This document shows positions 63,762-64,000 of a stretch of DNA of 64,000 nucleotides, in pieces (the first letter of the stretch is position 1; each line of letters starts with the position of its first letter). A model generated the notes under the pieces. That model made no database searches. It saw nothing but the letters and a program-made list of their open reading frames with translations, and was not told the DNA's origin. The position numbers were made by a program, and so were the translations under genes. This DNA comes from Spirogloea muscicola (lineage: Eukaryota), in the NCBI GenBank assembly GCA_009602725.1, contig WELB01000017.1:98426-162425 (forward strand), written 5' to 3'.

Positions 63762-64000
63762 TTACGTGGCGTGCTGGAACTCGCCGTCTAGGGCGGCAGA
63801 GAGCAGCCCGGCTTCGAAGTTGCCGGGTTGCTTGCTCGGGTATACAGCATGCGCCTTGTCATCAGCCTGCAGCGTTCTTTGGCACTTGCCGTGCACTTGC
63901 GGGCAAGCCTTGCCTTGGCTACTGCCTCCAACTTTCGACAGGGGCGTCGTTTTTCCGCCCTCTGATTTGCACTTGCTGACCAGGGTTATTGTGCCCACTT
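63762..64000 (-). CDS. Possible last exon of a convergent downstream gene
   Basis: Open frame running off the window; no family recognised. Confidence 0.25.
   Translation of the reverse strand, partial: VGTITLVSKCKSEGGKTTPLSKVGGSSQGKACPQVHGKCQRTLQADDKAHAVYPSKQPGNFEAGLLSAALDGEFQHAT

Overview
Intron-rich, GC-rich eukaryotic nuclear DNA from a draft assembly with several N gaps. The plant-type gene set plus small introns suggests a streptophyte alga or early-diverging plant; this is inference. About 15 spliced genes are recognisable: a FatA-like acyl-ACP thioesterase, an NDUFAF7/MidA-like methyltransferase, a PUB4-like ARM protein, a TPK K+ channel, a CAAX/CPBP protease, a DPD1-like exonuclease, a 1-Cys peroxiredoxin, carB, NOSIP, a DUF218 protein, an ATRIP/SUV2-like protein, DENR/TMA22, BRE1/HUB and two unknowns. 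The most striking unexplained structure is intergenic. More than 20 copies of a ~42-bp hairpin motif (consensus ATGGCTGTGAGAGGCCAGCCCAAAAGAATGGACAAGGTCTGA, both orientations) are interleaved with fragments of CRE-like non-LTR retrotransposons carrying a restriction-like endonuclease (RLE). These mosaics sit mostly upstream of genes, and one 140-bp terminal segment is present twice, identical by eye and inverted. All annotations come from reading the sequence by eye; no searches were run, and coordinates are approximate to a few bases.
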